Assembly: GCF_006345805.1 (NCBI RefSeq)
Contig: NC_042997.1
Span: forward strand, 163,618,001 to 163,682,000
DNA length: 64,000 bases
Origin: Octopus sinensis
Lineage: Eukaryota
Direction of reading: 5' to 3'
Below the pieces are notes generated by a model. It did not search any database and was not told where the DNA came from. It saw only the letters and a program-made list of their open reading frames with translations. The first letter of the stretch is position 1. Every line of letters begins with the position of its first letter. The position numbers and the translations under genes are program-made. Positions 51,946 through 63,845 of this stretch are shown one piece after another.

Positions 51946-52733
51946 TTGGGGAAATTTTGAACCTGGGTTCTCATTCCTAAGGTATTTTTCAATGTTATTA
52001 TTATTATTATTATTCAGGTCACTGTCTGGAATTGAACTTGGAATCTTGGGGTTAGTAGCCCACCTCTTAACCGCTATGCCATATGTCCATGGGCAATTAT
52101 GGAGTGAATTTTAGGGCTTATAAATCTAATATTTTCCTATCCTTCCTTAATACCAGTTCCCATATGCTATTCATATCTGCACTTGGTCTGCTTAGAAGGT
52201 TGTTGTGTCCTAGCATATGTGCTGCTTCTTTTACTTTTCGTATTTTCCAGTGGTGTTCTCTGTCTATTATTTTAACTTCATCCCACAGGGGGAGGTGAGC
52301 TCCATTTTTCCATACATGATCCACTATATCCGATTTATCAATATCTCCTTGTGTCACAGTTTTGTGATGTTCTGCTACCCTTATTTTAAGGGGGCAGCAT
52401 GTTTCGCCTTTGTATAACCTTCCACAGCTGCATAGGATGGAGTACACACAGTTTTTGGTCATATTCTCTTCTACTGGTGGTTTTATTCACATGAGATATT
52501 TTTGAAGTGTTGTATTACTCTTGAATACTGTCCTGATGTCATATGGGCCACATAATTTTTGTATCTTTTCAGAGAGGCCTTTCAAATAGGGTAGAAAGGC
52601 TGTGGACAGTTTATTGGTTTCATCCTCCCTTTTCTTCATAAATGGAGCAGATAGTATGTTTTTGGGGTAGTTGTTGCTTATAGATTGTTACTGAGCTTGA
52701 TCTTTTATTTGTGGTGGGTATCATGATCCCTAT

Positions 52734-53806
52734 ATACCAGTGATATACCAATAAGAAACTTGATGGAAATGTTGACCTTCTGTGTAGAAACTACCTACTT
52801 CATATATATATTGACAAGAAGAGAGTTTAGCTATGTGTTTGCCATTAACACCAATAATAGCCAATATATACTTGGGAATGCTTTGAGAATTTGGCTTTAG
52901 GGTCAACACCATTAAAACCAACCCTATGGCTGTGATATGTTGATGACACCTTTATACTTTGGTCCCATCAGGAGATGTCCAAAATCATGTGAACTCAATA
53001 AAGCCATCCATACAGTTCACAATAGAAAAAGAAAAAGACAATCAGCTAGCATTCCTGGACATAGTAATAACGCACACCAAGTATGGTTTCAGGACATCCA
53101 TACACCACAAACCAACCTTCACTGGACAATACCTCAACTTCAATTCTCACCAGTGTAAAGAGAGGGATTGCTCAGTGCCTAAAACATCAAGCAAAGAATA
53201 TAAGTAGTGATAGTGATACCCACCATGAAGAAATGATCAAGCTCAGTAACAATCTATTAAGCAACAACTACCCCAAAAACATGCTATCCACTCCAGTTAT
53301 GAAGAAAAGAGAGGACGAAACCAATAAACTGTCCACAGTCTGTCTACCCTATGTGAAAGGCCTGTCTGAAAAGATACAAAAGGTATGCAGCCCATATGGC
53401 ATCAAGAGTAATACAACACTTCGCAAATATATCCTTGGAGTAAAACCACCAATAGAAGAGAATATGACCAAAAACTGTGTGTACTCCATCCCATGCAGCT
53501 GTGGAGGTTATACAAAGGAATACATGCTGCCCCATCAAAATAAGAGTAGAGGAACATCGCAAAGCTGTGCCACAAGGTGATATTGATAAATCAGGTATAG
53601 CTGATCATGTATGGGAAAATGGAGACCACCTCCCACTGTGGAATGAAATTAAAATAAAAGACAGAAAACACCACAGGAAAATACGTAAACTAAAAGAAGC
53701 TGCAAATATGCTAGGACACAACAACCTCCTAAGCAGACCAAGTGCAGATATGAATAACATATGGGAACTGGTATTAAGGAAGGATAGGAAAATAATTGAT
53801 TTATAA
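52734..53806 (+). pseudogene. PLE RT / GIY-YIG endonuclease pseudogene (C-terminal part, with stops and frameshifts)
   Basis: Track ORFs 52959, 53083 and 53477 are successive frameshifted pieces; a TGA lies immediately before YVDD. Confidence 0.85.
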
Positions 53807-53835
53807 GCCCTAAAATTCACTCCATAATTGCCCGT

Positions 53836-53909
53836 GGGCATATGGCATAGTGGTTAAGAGTGCAGGCTACTGACCCCAAGATTTCGAGTTTGATTCCAGA
53901 CAGTAACCT
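53836..53909 (+). promoter_or_regulatory. tRNA(Arg)-like A-box/B-box cassette inside the PLE 3' region; also at 16091-16153 (+) and 52017-52088 (-)
   Basis: gggcataTGGCATAGTGGTTAagagtgcaggCTACTGAccccaagatttcGAGTTTGATTCCagacagtaacc, followed by (AAT)n. It sits at the same position in all three GIY-YIG-bearing arms. Confidence 0.6.
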
Positions 53910-53910
53910 C

Positions 53911-53943
<33 letters not shown>

Positions 53944-54090
53944 TATACCAATGACAACAACATTGAAAAATACCTTAGGAATGAGAACCCAGGTTCGAAA
54001 TTTCCCCAAGAAACTTGATGAAGGTTAGAGGGTAACAACAACATCGAAGAATACCTTAGGAATGAGAACTCAGGTTCAAAATTTCCCCAA

Positions 54091-54134
54091 GACACCTGAT
54101 GAAGGCTGGAGGGTATATCAACCAAAACATTGTT
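54091..54134 (+). ncRNA. Degenerate hammerhead ribozyme copy
   Basis: GACAC-CUGAUGA-A-GGCUG-gaggguauau-CAACC-AAAA-C-AUU-GUU; several core lesions. Confidence 0.5.
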
Positions 54135-54326
54135 AACAACAAACAAGATAAGGACAAATATCCATCAAATGTAAATAATGTACATAATTCCTCATCTCTT
54201 AAATATAGAACTTGAAGTTATAAGATTTTATTTTAAAGTACCTATTCACATTGGAAAATCTGATTAAGATGCAATAAGACTTTAATACTCAACATTATAG
54301 ATATATTTTGAACAATTATTATAATT

Positions 54327-54532
54327 GACATTTAGATTGTCAAATGTAATGCTTATTTCTCATATTGTTTTGAATTAAACATGCATTATCTTGTAACTTT
54401 GAGATTTCAATGATGTGTCTGTTTATCTTTAGAATGTCATTGTAGGGTAGGTGTGAGAGGCTGGATCTGTTTGAATGTAAAACAAGCAGAGTATTTGGGC
54501 TGAATATAGCCAGTTTAAATGCTGATGGGTTA
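54327..54532. repeat. MITE-like dispersed repeat; second copy in opposite orientation at ~62690-62908
   Basis: tttagaatgtcattgtagggtagg...ggatctg is the reverse complement of cagattc...ctatcctacaatgtcattctaaa; ends are degenerate. Confidence 0.55.
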
Positions 54533-54789
54533 CACAGATTCCTTTATTACCCTAATAGCTAGTGAATTCAATAAACTAAATTGATCATTGGAAAATAGAA
54601 GAATTTTTTTAAAGGCAGTGCCCCATATTGTCACAGTTTAATGAGTAAAATTAGAAACAACAAGCAAAAAGACCAAAATAATGCAGTAATAATGTAAAAA
54701 AAGATATTACTATAAAAATAAATGTGAAAGAACAAATTTCAATTGTTTGGATGTAAAACTTTGTAACTTCCACATTATTCACAGATGAA

Positions 54790-56000
54790 CATTTTCAAGC
54801 ACTTGATTCCAGAATTCCCTTTCCTGCATTGCTCTTGGTTGGTTCTCTTCAGAAAACCAGAGTCTTCAACCAGTTGGTCAATAAGTGTCCTGGCAAGATG
54901 ACTCTTCGGTTGCTTTCCCTGTGTTGGTTCCCACATCAACATTTTAATTCACTACTTCATCTTTGCTACAAAAGGAGAGCCTGCAGAATCTCCGTCTTCT
55001 TTTCTTTATGGTGGAGGTAACTCTTGAAATATTACAGTAATCCCTCACCATATCGCAGTTCACCTATTGTGGTTTAGTATCTAAGCTTACATTGATTCCT
55101 CCATGGTGTTGTCTTGCATTTATAATGAAATAAATACTCTTTTACTTGTTTCAGTCATTTGACTGTGATCATGCTGGAGCACTGCCTTTAGTCAAGCAAA
55201 TCAACCCCAGGACTTATTCTTTGAAAGTCTAGTACTTACTCTATCGGTCTCTTTTGCCGAACTGCTAAGTTATGGGGACGTAAACACACCAGCATCGGTT
55301 GTCAAGCGATGTTGGGGGGACAAACACAGACACACAAACACACACACACACACATATATATATTATATATATATATAATATATATATATATATATTATAT
55401 ATATATATATACATATACATATATACGACGGGCTTCTTTTCAGTTTCCGTCTACCAAATCCACTCACAAGGCTTTGGTTGGCTCGAGGCTATAGTAGAAG
55501 ACACTTGCCCAAGGTGCCACACAGTGGGACTGAACCCAGAACCATGTGTTTGGTAAGCAAGCTACTTACCACACAGCCACTCCTGCACCTATATACAAAT
55601 TATAAAAATAATTTTAAAAATATACCGTACAGTACTGTTTCTACTTCGCAGATTTTCACCTATTGTGGGGGGTTTCGGAATGTAACACTTGTGACTACCA
55701 TTTAATGTTAAATGCTGCTCTCAGAAGTTTTGCGTATGGTCCAGTTTTCTTTCCAGTGCCTTAGTTGGAGTCCATGTAGTGCAATCATATAAGAGCACAG
55801 TTTCTATTGTTGCTTGAAAGAAATTAATCTTAAGCTTTCTGTTTAGATTTGATTTCAAAATGGTGTCCATCTTTCACAATGCTGCCATGCTTTAGCTAAG
55901 CAAATTGTGATGTCCTTCTCACTTGTACCAACTCACGAGCCCAAATATAAGAAATCATTTACTTTTTGCAACTTTTATCCATTCATGTGAAGAAGTGTGG
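54790..56000 (-). mobile_element. RTE-X-like LINE RT remnant split by the family C SINE
   Basis: Minus strand reads KMDTILKSNLNRKLKINFFQATIETVLLYDCTTWTPTK (55.7-55.9 kb) and MLMWEPTQGK...TLIDQLVEDSG (54.8-55.0 kb). Confidence 0.6.
55141..55590 (-). mobile_element. SINE family C, full-length, with an internal (TA)/(CA) microsatellite; 5' halves at ~27234-27400 (+), ~25070-25220 (-) and ~26668-26830 (-)
   Basis: Head ggagtggctgtgtggtaag...GGTTCAGTCCC...ttgggcaagtgtcttctactatag, then a microsatellite, then a tail ending gtcaaatgactgaaacaagtaaaa. Confidence 0.75.
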
Positions 56001-57258
56001 ACCAGTGATAAGGGGATTGCACTTATGATTGCTAGATTGTGGTTTTGTTTCCCAAACTCAAACTGCTTCAGTGCTCTCAGCTGTAACCCGGTGACACACC
56101 TCATTTCACATTACTCCAGTGTACTCACCTGTAACTCTGCAACAGACTGGTTTCCTGTTAAGAGGGAATGTTGGCTTACCTATCTATCAAACGGGGTGGC
56201 ATTATTCGAAAGCTAAAACAATTTGTGGAAACACATTGTGACTAACAGTGCATAACCACATCCGATATTCTGGTTACAGTGAGACACAGTAAGACTATAT
56301 AGTCTGAAGTAAAATAGAAATTGATTTATGCATTGAGATATTATTTAAACTTAGATTTTTTTGCATTCATAATGAACATATGTGATGTGCTATCTTGTGT
56401 TAAATTATTGAAAACAAATCTTGCAATGGCTTTCATGAAGCATACTGAAAATGAAGAACATAAATTTGATATCTTTTGAATGAATGATCAGAAGAATTGT
56501 AGAAAGCAATTATAGAACCAAAATGTGAACACATGAAAAATGATATTAAAAGACAAGAGGACATACATATTTATGCATGCTTTCCAAAAGATAGATGAAA
56601 TGTTTATCAAATCAACATCACTACAACTAATATGAATGGCAACTTGTTAACAGTTTACTAATGTCATTGAATAATCAGTTGGATAAGTGAAATCTAGGTC
56701 ATAGCTTAAGATTTGATTGTCACTGTTCCAATTTTTAATATCAACACACTTTTCATTTTTATCCTACCCTTATACTTCAAAATTATTCTGTATAAGGCTG
56801 TCTTCTTCTTAGCATTTGTAGAAGGACTGCAATAGAAGAATGGTTTTAAAACTTTACTGCTCAGCCATGGTCCAGGGTTATCTGTTTTTTTTAGAGAAGA
56901 TGAATGAATAAGAAAAGGCATTGAATAACTATCTGATTATAATGAGAGATATTCTTGAAGAATAAAACAGATTTTAAAAAATTGTTTACTTTCTTATTTA
57001 TTTTTATGCAATTAAATTTTCACCTTGTATTGTAACATTTGATGTAAAGTTGCTCAAGGATGAAATTTATATTATTTATGAAGTTTTCCAGTTTATAAAA
57101 AAATTTTAAACTATTGAATTTTTTCTTCTTTGCTCTGAAACTATTTTTTGTTTGCTTCGATAACTACAAAATATTTTTAGGCTATATCATTGGAGAAGAA
57201 TTTAATCTTTATTTCTAATAGATTTTATTTATTTTTTTTTCTGTATTATCTGTAGAAT

Positions 57259-57586
57259 GAAGGTGCATGGCTCAGTGGTTTGAGCATCAAGCTTACGATC
57301 GCGAGGCTGTGAGTTTGATTCCCAGACCAGGCTGTGTGTTGTGTTCTTGATCAAGACACTTTATTTCATGTTGCTCCAGTTCACTCATCTATAGAAATGA
57401 GTTGTGGAATCACTGGTGCCAAGTTGTATTGACCTTTGCTTTTCTCTTGGATAACATTGGTGGTGTGGAGAGGAGAGGCTGGTATGCAACTGCTGGTCTT
57501 TCACCAACACCCTTGCTTGGACTTGTACCTAGGAGAGGAACTTTCTAAATGCAATCCCATGGTCATTCGTGACCAAAGGGGGTCTT
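57259..57586 (+). mobile_element. SINE family A copy
   Basis: Collinear with 24079-24412. Confidence 0.85.
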
Positions 57587-58374
57587 TACTATTATTTGTA
57601 CTAATGAGATTAAATAATTTATGAGGTATTTTAGTTGTATTATAAGTACTATTACTGTTTGAAATGTTCTCTATGTATCTCAATATACGCATACTTTACC
57701 ATAGATTATTTTAATGGAAACTTTTTATCTCAATTTTAAAAAGTTTCTAGATATTAATTATTAAAAATATGGTTAAATATTTTTATCAACTATTATTAGT
57801 ATGTTTTAAAACTTTAGTTAACAATTACATAGTATTATATGTTGGTAAGTATTTTTAATATTGCAGTTTTTACTTTCTTATTTATATTGTTGCATTGTGT
57901 TAATATTTTGTTGGGAATGCAGCCATTATCATTGTTTCTATCACCATTGTCCTTGATGTTGTTAAATTGCAATATATTGTCATGTATTGATGGCTGAAGT
58001 TTTGAACCTTTAACTACTTTCTACATTTTCTTGCTTGCAATTTACATTTCATCTTTCCTGCTTATACTAATATTCAAATCACGTACCATTTAAAAATGAT
58101 ATATTTGATGTTTTCATATTTTGCTTGATATTGCTTACTGTATTGCTACTATCTTTTTGCCTTGTCTCTTTTTGGTTTAGATCTTACTAGGGTCAACTTT
58201 GCCTGTTATTTCTTTGAAGTCAATAATAAATATAAGTAACACACTAGTTTATATTAGGCCAGGATCAGTCCCATTACTGGTGATGGAAACCTGCTACTAG
58301 TAATCAGGTAATCCAGTACTATTTGTCCATTGTCTAATGTTTGGCAACCAGACTGCACCCTTCCACCCTTTATT

Positions 58375-58588
58375 CTGTTCTACTCTAGGTACAAGATCCG
58401 AATTTTTGGGGGAGGAGGCCAGTCGATTAAATCGATCTCAGTATGCAACTGGTACTTAATTCATCGACGCCGAATGGATGAACGACAAAGTCGACCTTGG
58501 TGAAACTTGAACTCAGAACGTAAAGACAGATGAAATACCACTAAGTATTTTGCCTGACGTGCTAACGTTTCTGCCAGTTTGCCACCTT
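58375..58588 (-). mobile_element. SINE family B (~215 bp) with perfect 16-bp target-site duplication
   Basis: ccttccaccctttatt at 58359-58374 and 58589-58604. The body shares the GAGTTCAAAT...GGTCRACTTTGCCTTTCATCC core with the other copies. Confidence 0.85.
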
Positions 58589-60716
58589 CCTTCCACCCTT
58601 TATTAGCTTACCCAGTATGGAGAGAGTGCGAGCATCCAATAAGATTAAAAAGCAAGGCTTGTCAAAGACAAATGAGCTCTTTGAGCCAACAGCAGCCATA
58701 TCCTGTGGATGGGATGGATGCTACCAGGATTACTAAGTCCACTGAAATACTTTGATGGAAGTTAAGCAATATCTGACTCTATACTGGACATAAAAGAGAG
58801 CTAAGACCAAGTAAAGTGGAAAGGATTGTTAAAAAAATTTCAGGTGCCCCTTGGTAGAAATTCTATGGGAATGACTTCACTTGAATATGCTAGCAATTAT
58901 TTTTATTGACTCCCAGATGCATCTATAAATGATGACGTTGCACTCAACGAAACAATATTACACCAGCATTATAAACCTATTAATTTCATGCTCATATGGA
59001 AAGTAATTGTCAAAATAAGAACTAAGGGCCTTAAAGAAATTTACCTCTGATTTTCTGGTCAAGAATATTTCATGAATTTTGATTGCATTCTGTTATTAAT
59101 AATGCTGTTTCTAACTTCTCATGGTCCAGTGTATTTTATGTGAGTGTTCAGAGCTTAAAGGAAATCTGATCCAGTATCTATGTGCCTTATAATTGCAAGT
59201 CTAGCACCACTTTGCATTCATGTAAATAGATTATATATCATATAACAAGTTAAATTGAAGCTTAGTAACTTTATATGACTGGGGATGATGAAATTAACTG
59301 AACATTACTTTACTGTATACTGTTCTCATCTACACAGATAATATCTTGTATCTTCAAACTAGTATAACATAATGAGATCTAGTTTCATTTCACAATCTGT
59401 TTCAGAAATAAAGCCTCAGAAACTAATGTATTTCTTGCTATTTGTATTTAATGTTAAGAATGTTTGATATAAAGGACATATTTTTTATCCTTTTAAAGGA
59501 ATTACTTTTATTTGCTCCAATACTTTATAATTTGTGAGAATATAGTCATTCTAGGACTAAAGATAATATTTTTATATTCATAGTTTTCTTTCTTTTCGAG
59601 ATAGTTTTTTCTCTATAGGAAAACAGAATATTGAAAAGTACCACCAACAACAATATATTCATGAACATATATATATATATATATATCACAAAAAAGGGTC
59701 AAATGAATAAAAAATACTCTACCATTATGCTGATACAATGAATAAATTGGTTATTTGGGTACTGAAGCATTGCAAATCTAATGTAATAGCTACATAGGTA
59801 GCTGCTAAGATATACTTGAGTAAATCTGTCAGAAGGAAGGGCTGGCTAGTTAACAATAAAACAATTAGAATTACTGTACCTCTTTTTCGGATATATACAA
59901 TCAAGTAGTAGGCAGTTTGCCAAATTTTGACCAAGCCCTTCTGAATGTTAGCATTCCTTTCTATATTTAACATTGTTTGCAGGTCATAATTTCAAACATA
60001 TAAAACTATTACAATAAAAATAACAATCAGACATGTACATGATTTCTAGAGTAGCAAATAATTATTTAAATGTAGTGTGTGTGTACGTGTGTGTGTGTAT
60101 TTGTCTATTGATATGTATGCCTAGTTGATAGTAATTTTTGTGTTATTTGTAAAATACATTTGAAATTCAGTCTATAGTATTAGATTTTTATCAAAATATT
60201 TGGTACCCTAGATTCCTCAAACGTTGGATTAATCATCATCATCATCCAGTGTTTTAAATCTGGGTTTTGTCCCCGTTAACAGGGGTGGCTGGATCTACCT
60301 CAATTTTTCGCTTTCTTCTATACTTTTACTCAGTTTGAAGTATAATTTGCAGTATCTTTCTCAGTAAATTTATGCAAATCATTGTACATATATATAAGAA
60401 TTGTGTCTAGCTTTACTCTAAAACAATTTTGGTGTTACAAAAAAGAATATGTAAGGCTAACAACCAAAGAGTCCTAATTTTAAGTTGCTTCTCATTTAAC
60501 TGTCTTGCAGTTAAAACCTACTCATGCAGTCATTTGTGCTGTTAGTCCACACATAAAAGGGATAAAGGATGGCCAATATATGTCTTTGTAAAATCTTTTG
60601 TTTACTTAGTATGACCACTAAGAATAAAATACTCAAGGTATTATTATTGAGTATGAACATTTTGTTGGGTTCACCATTTTAATTATGACACACACATACA
60701 CACATAGGGATATATG

Positions 60717-60747
<31 letters not shown>

Positions 60748-61887
60748 TATATATAATATATATATATATATACATCTGGAGTGCTTCTTTTCATTCCATT
60801 TCAAGAGGGTTTTCTATGAAATTGTCCTATTTGTATTTGGAAAGTAACATGCTGTTTATATGGAACTGTGCTTAGGCACTTATATGATAAAAAATAAAGA
60901 AAGGTTAGAACACTACAATTTCGTGGAAAATCCTGGATATATGCAAGGCTCTGCATATATATTTAGCAGAGAAATATATTCTATATCACTTAATGCCCAG
61001 TCTATATCTGCATGCCAATTGAAGTGGACATTTTTACTTATAAACTGCATTTGTAATAAAAAATACTCATAAATGCCATTGGTTACTTATCCGTCATTTT
61101 CATTACCATTCCTTCACATCATCCATGATTGCAGGTATATACTTGCATACTTATGTGAACCCTTGATATGATATAATTATATAGATCCTAATAATGGACA
61201 CTGTTACACATAATGAACACTACACACTTTTGAGCATTTTAATTATGTATGCAAACGATAATACATAATCTATATATATTAACTTTTGGTTACATACCAA
61301 TCTTCTATAAAAGTAAAGTCCAATCTTGGATCGCAAGAAGAAATTACCCATGCCTAAAGTTTTTATTTCCGCAGCTAAAAATAAGGTTACTAAATTGCAA
61401 CATTTTCATCTATGCTTTAACGAGCATGTAAGCATGTAAACAAAATATCAATAAAAATGTGTAAATATTGCTTATCTTCTGAAGAGAGTTAAATAGAATA
61501 TTAGTCAAAACTTGGCATTGCTTCAGTATGGCCATAACCATGATAAATATAAAGTAATGAAAAAAGGTGCTAAAACTTTTCAATTTAAATTTATACTTAA
61601 AAGTAAATTTTTGGAATGTGTGTCAGTATACAGAACATAATTTTTTTATTAAATTCATTTTAGTTGGTATTGAATATTGACATATATCATAAAGTTGTCA
61701 TTTGTTGGGTTTAAAATATTCTTTATTTTAATATTTGGGAAATTATTAGATACATATGTCTTGAATCGCCTTTGTTATCAATTTTTACTTCCCATTTTAT
61801 CATTTAGTAATTATAATTTTCTCTTGATATTTATTCCAGCTGAAATTTTTCAATTTTTATGTTTTTGTACTATATTTTCTTTTCTAG

Positions 61888-62014
61888 ACAAAGTTTGGCT
61901 GAAAAAGTAAAACTCTTCTCTTCTCCTAAAACATTAATCGAAAAAGCAAACCGTTCTGATGCTCCTGTTATTCGACGTAAAAATCGGAAAGTTGCTTCTC
62001 GCTTCAACACTCAG
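61888..62014 (+). CDS. SVIL: Supervillin-like coding exon, 127 nt, phase 2-0 (QSLAEKVKLFSS...RRKNRKVASRFNTQ)
   Basis: ttttcttttctag|A acceptor, CAG|gtattt donor. The translation parallels the human SVIL segment LSLAEKLALFNK...RRMNARYQTQPVT as I recall it; this is the main basis for the gene call. Confidence 0.88.
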
Positions 62015-62256
62015 GTATTTAATATTTAAATTTGCTATTTTTGTTTCCCTTTTTTCAAAACAATTTTTTGATATTTTGATTTAAATTTTAAAAAGAAGCA
62101 ATAACTAAGTATAATAAATGATACATGCTGGGGAAGGTATCTGCATTAGATTGTTTCCTGTATGTTTTATGGTTCTGATCATGTAGAAGTGCAAAAGTGT
62201 AGAAGAATAACAAGAGTGAGACAGATTCAGCAAATTTATGTTGTATTATTAATCCA

Positions 62257-62467
62257 AAGGCTGTGAGCTGGCAGAATTGTAAGCACGCTGGACAAAATGC
62301 TTAGCAGTATTTTGTCCGTCCTTATGTTCTGAGTTCAAATTTCGCTGAGGTCAACTTTGCCTTTCATCTTTTTTGGATTGATGAAAGTACCAGTTATGCA
62401 CTGGAGCCAATGTAATTGACTAGCTCCCTCCCTCAAAATTTTAGGCCTTGTTTCTATAGTAGAAAGG
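62257..62467 (+). mobile_element. SINE family B copy
   Basis: Collinear with the other copies; approximate target-site duplication attattaat(c/t)ca. Confidence 0.8.
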
Positions 62468-63809
62468 ATTATTAATTCACTGGACTATGGTGATCTAAAA
62501 TAGGAGATAGAACCTATTGTTAGCTGGGTATCTGATGCCAGCAATTACATGCTTCATTCAAAAGCACTACATGGTTATAATTGAACTTGGGACTAACTTA
62601 GAGTAGCAACATTAGCTATTAATGTTTGTAGATTAGGTTCTTCCCTCAGATTCAGCATTGAACTAGCTTTAGGTTTTGTTGGGAAGAAGTTTACTCTTTC
62701 AGCATTTAGACTGGTGATATCCAGCTCAAATATTCTACCTATTTTATGTCCAGATTCAACCTCCATGGCTATCCTACAATGTCATTCTAAAAATAAGTAA
62801 TCACAATATCAAAATCTCAAAGCTGCAAAACAATGCATCTTTAGTTCAAAACAGTGGGAATAAATAAGCATTATGTTAGACAGAGTAATCTGAATTCTTG
62901 AGGATTTAAAGAAGTCAAAAGACTAACATTTAGCAAATCTCACACTCAATGGAAATATCAATGAAGAATTTCTTTTCATTTAAAATATTTAACATATTTT
63001 GCCTATTCATTGTAATATTTATATTAATATTTAGATTATACACTTCTTTTTATATTCCTTGAATATTTATAAACATTTGTATTATAAATTTGTTCCCCTG
63101 TTGTACATAATTAGCACATATATTTGTTTACTTTCAATCTTTTGTACTGCATTGAAATTCAAAATTTTTTGTTATCCTTGGTACAAATGAAGAAAGGAGC
63201 ACTGAACTAAATGCCTTATAGTATCTAGTGTCACCTCCCTATGTTCTAGGTTCACATCTTGCTAGGTTTTAGGTTTACTTTCAACCCTTTTTTGTTGATG
63301 TATTCAGCCCAAACAAAAGCATTTCTTTTACTTACCCAAATCTTAAAAAAATTATTTTAGCACATAAAAATTACTTTGGAGTGGTACTCCTTTCACAAAT
63401 AACTTGATCTGAAGTAAAATAATATATATATGTAAAAGGAAATTCCAGTTAACCATATAAAAACACTCAAATATTATTACATTCACTTACATTTATTTGT
63501 TCATAGTGTCATATTGTTTGAAATATCAAAAGGTTTTGTCATCTTCTGCAAAATGATCACTGACACAGTTCATCTATATCACATAGAAAATTGTTTTATT
63601 ATTGCAGGTTATTTGTGTGCGGTCAAATATGTAACTATGTATGTGTGTGTATGTTGTATATATAGGCATGTATGTATTTATATATGTACAATGTATATAT
63701 TCACATTTATGTGTATATATCTATATGCTTATATATGTATGTGCATATATGTATATGTGTTTGCATATGTGTGTGCATGTGTATGCATATAAATGTATAT
63801 TATCCATGC

Positions 63810-63845
<36 letters not shown>

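Larger units (their letters stand above)
51848..54212. mobile_element. Penelope-like retroelement (RT + GIY-YIG), decayed: inverted 3' segment (51848-~52733, minus) joined to a 5'-truncated plus copy (~52734-54212)
   Basis: RT motifs LAMCLPLTPIIANIY, W-L-*-YVDDTF and SIQFTIEKEKDNQLAFLD. GIY-YIG motif CVYSI(L/P)CSCGRLYKGET...RVxEH occurs on both strands. The two arms are reverse complements. Confidence 0.9.

Noticed and set aside
58605-58860. Possible RTE C-terminal remnant on the + strand
   Set aside because: Too frameshifted to support by eye.
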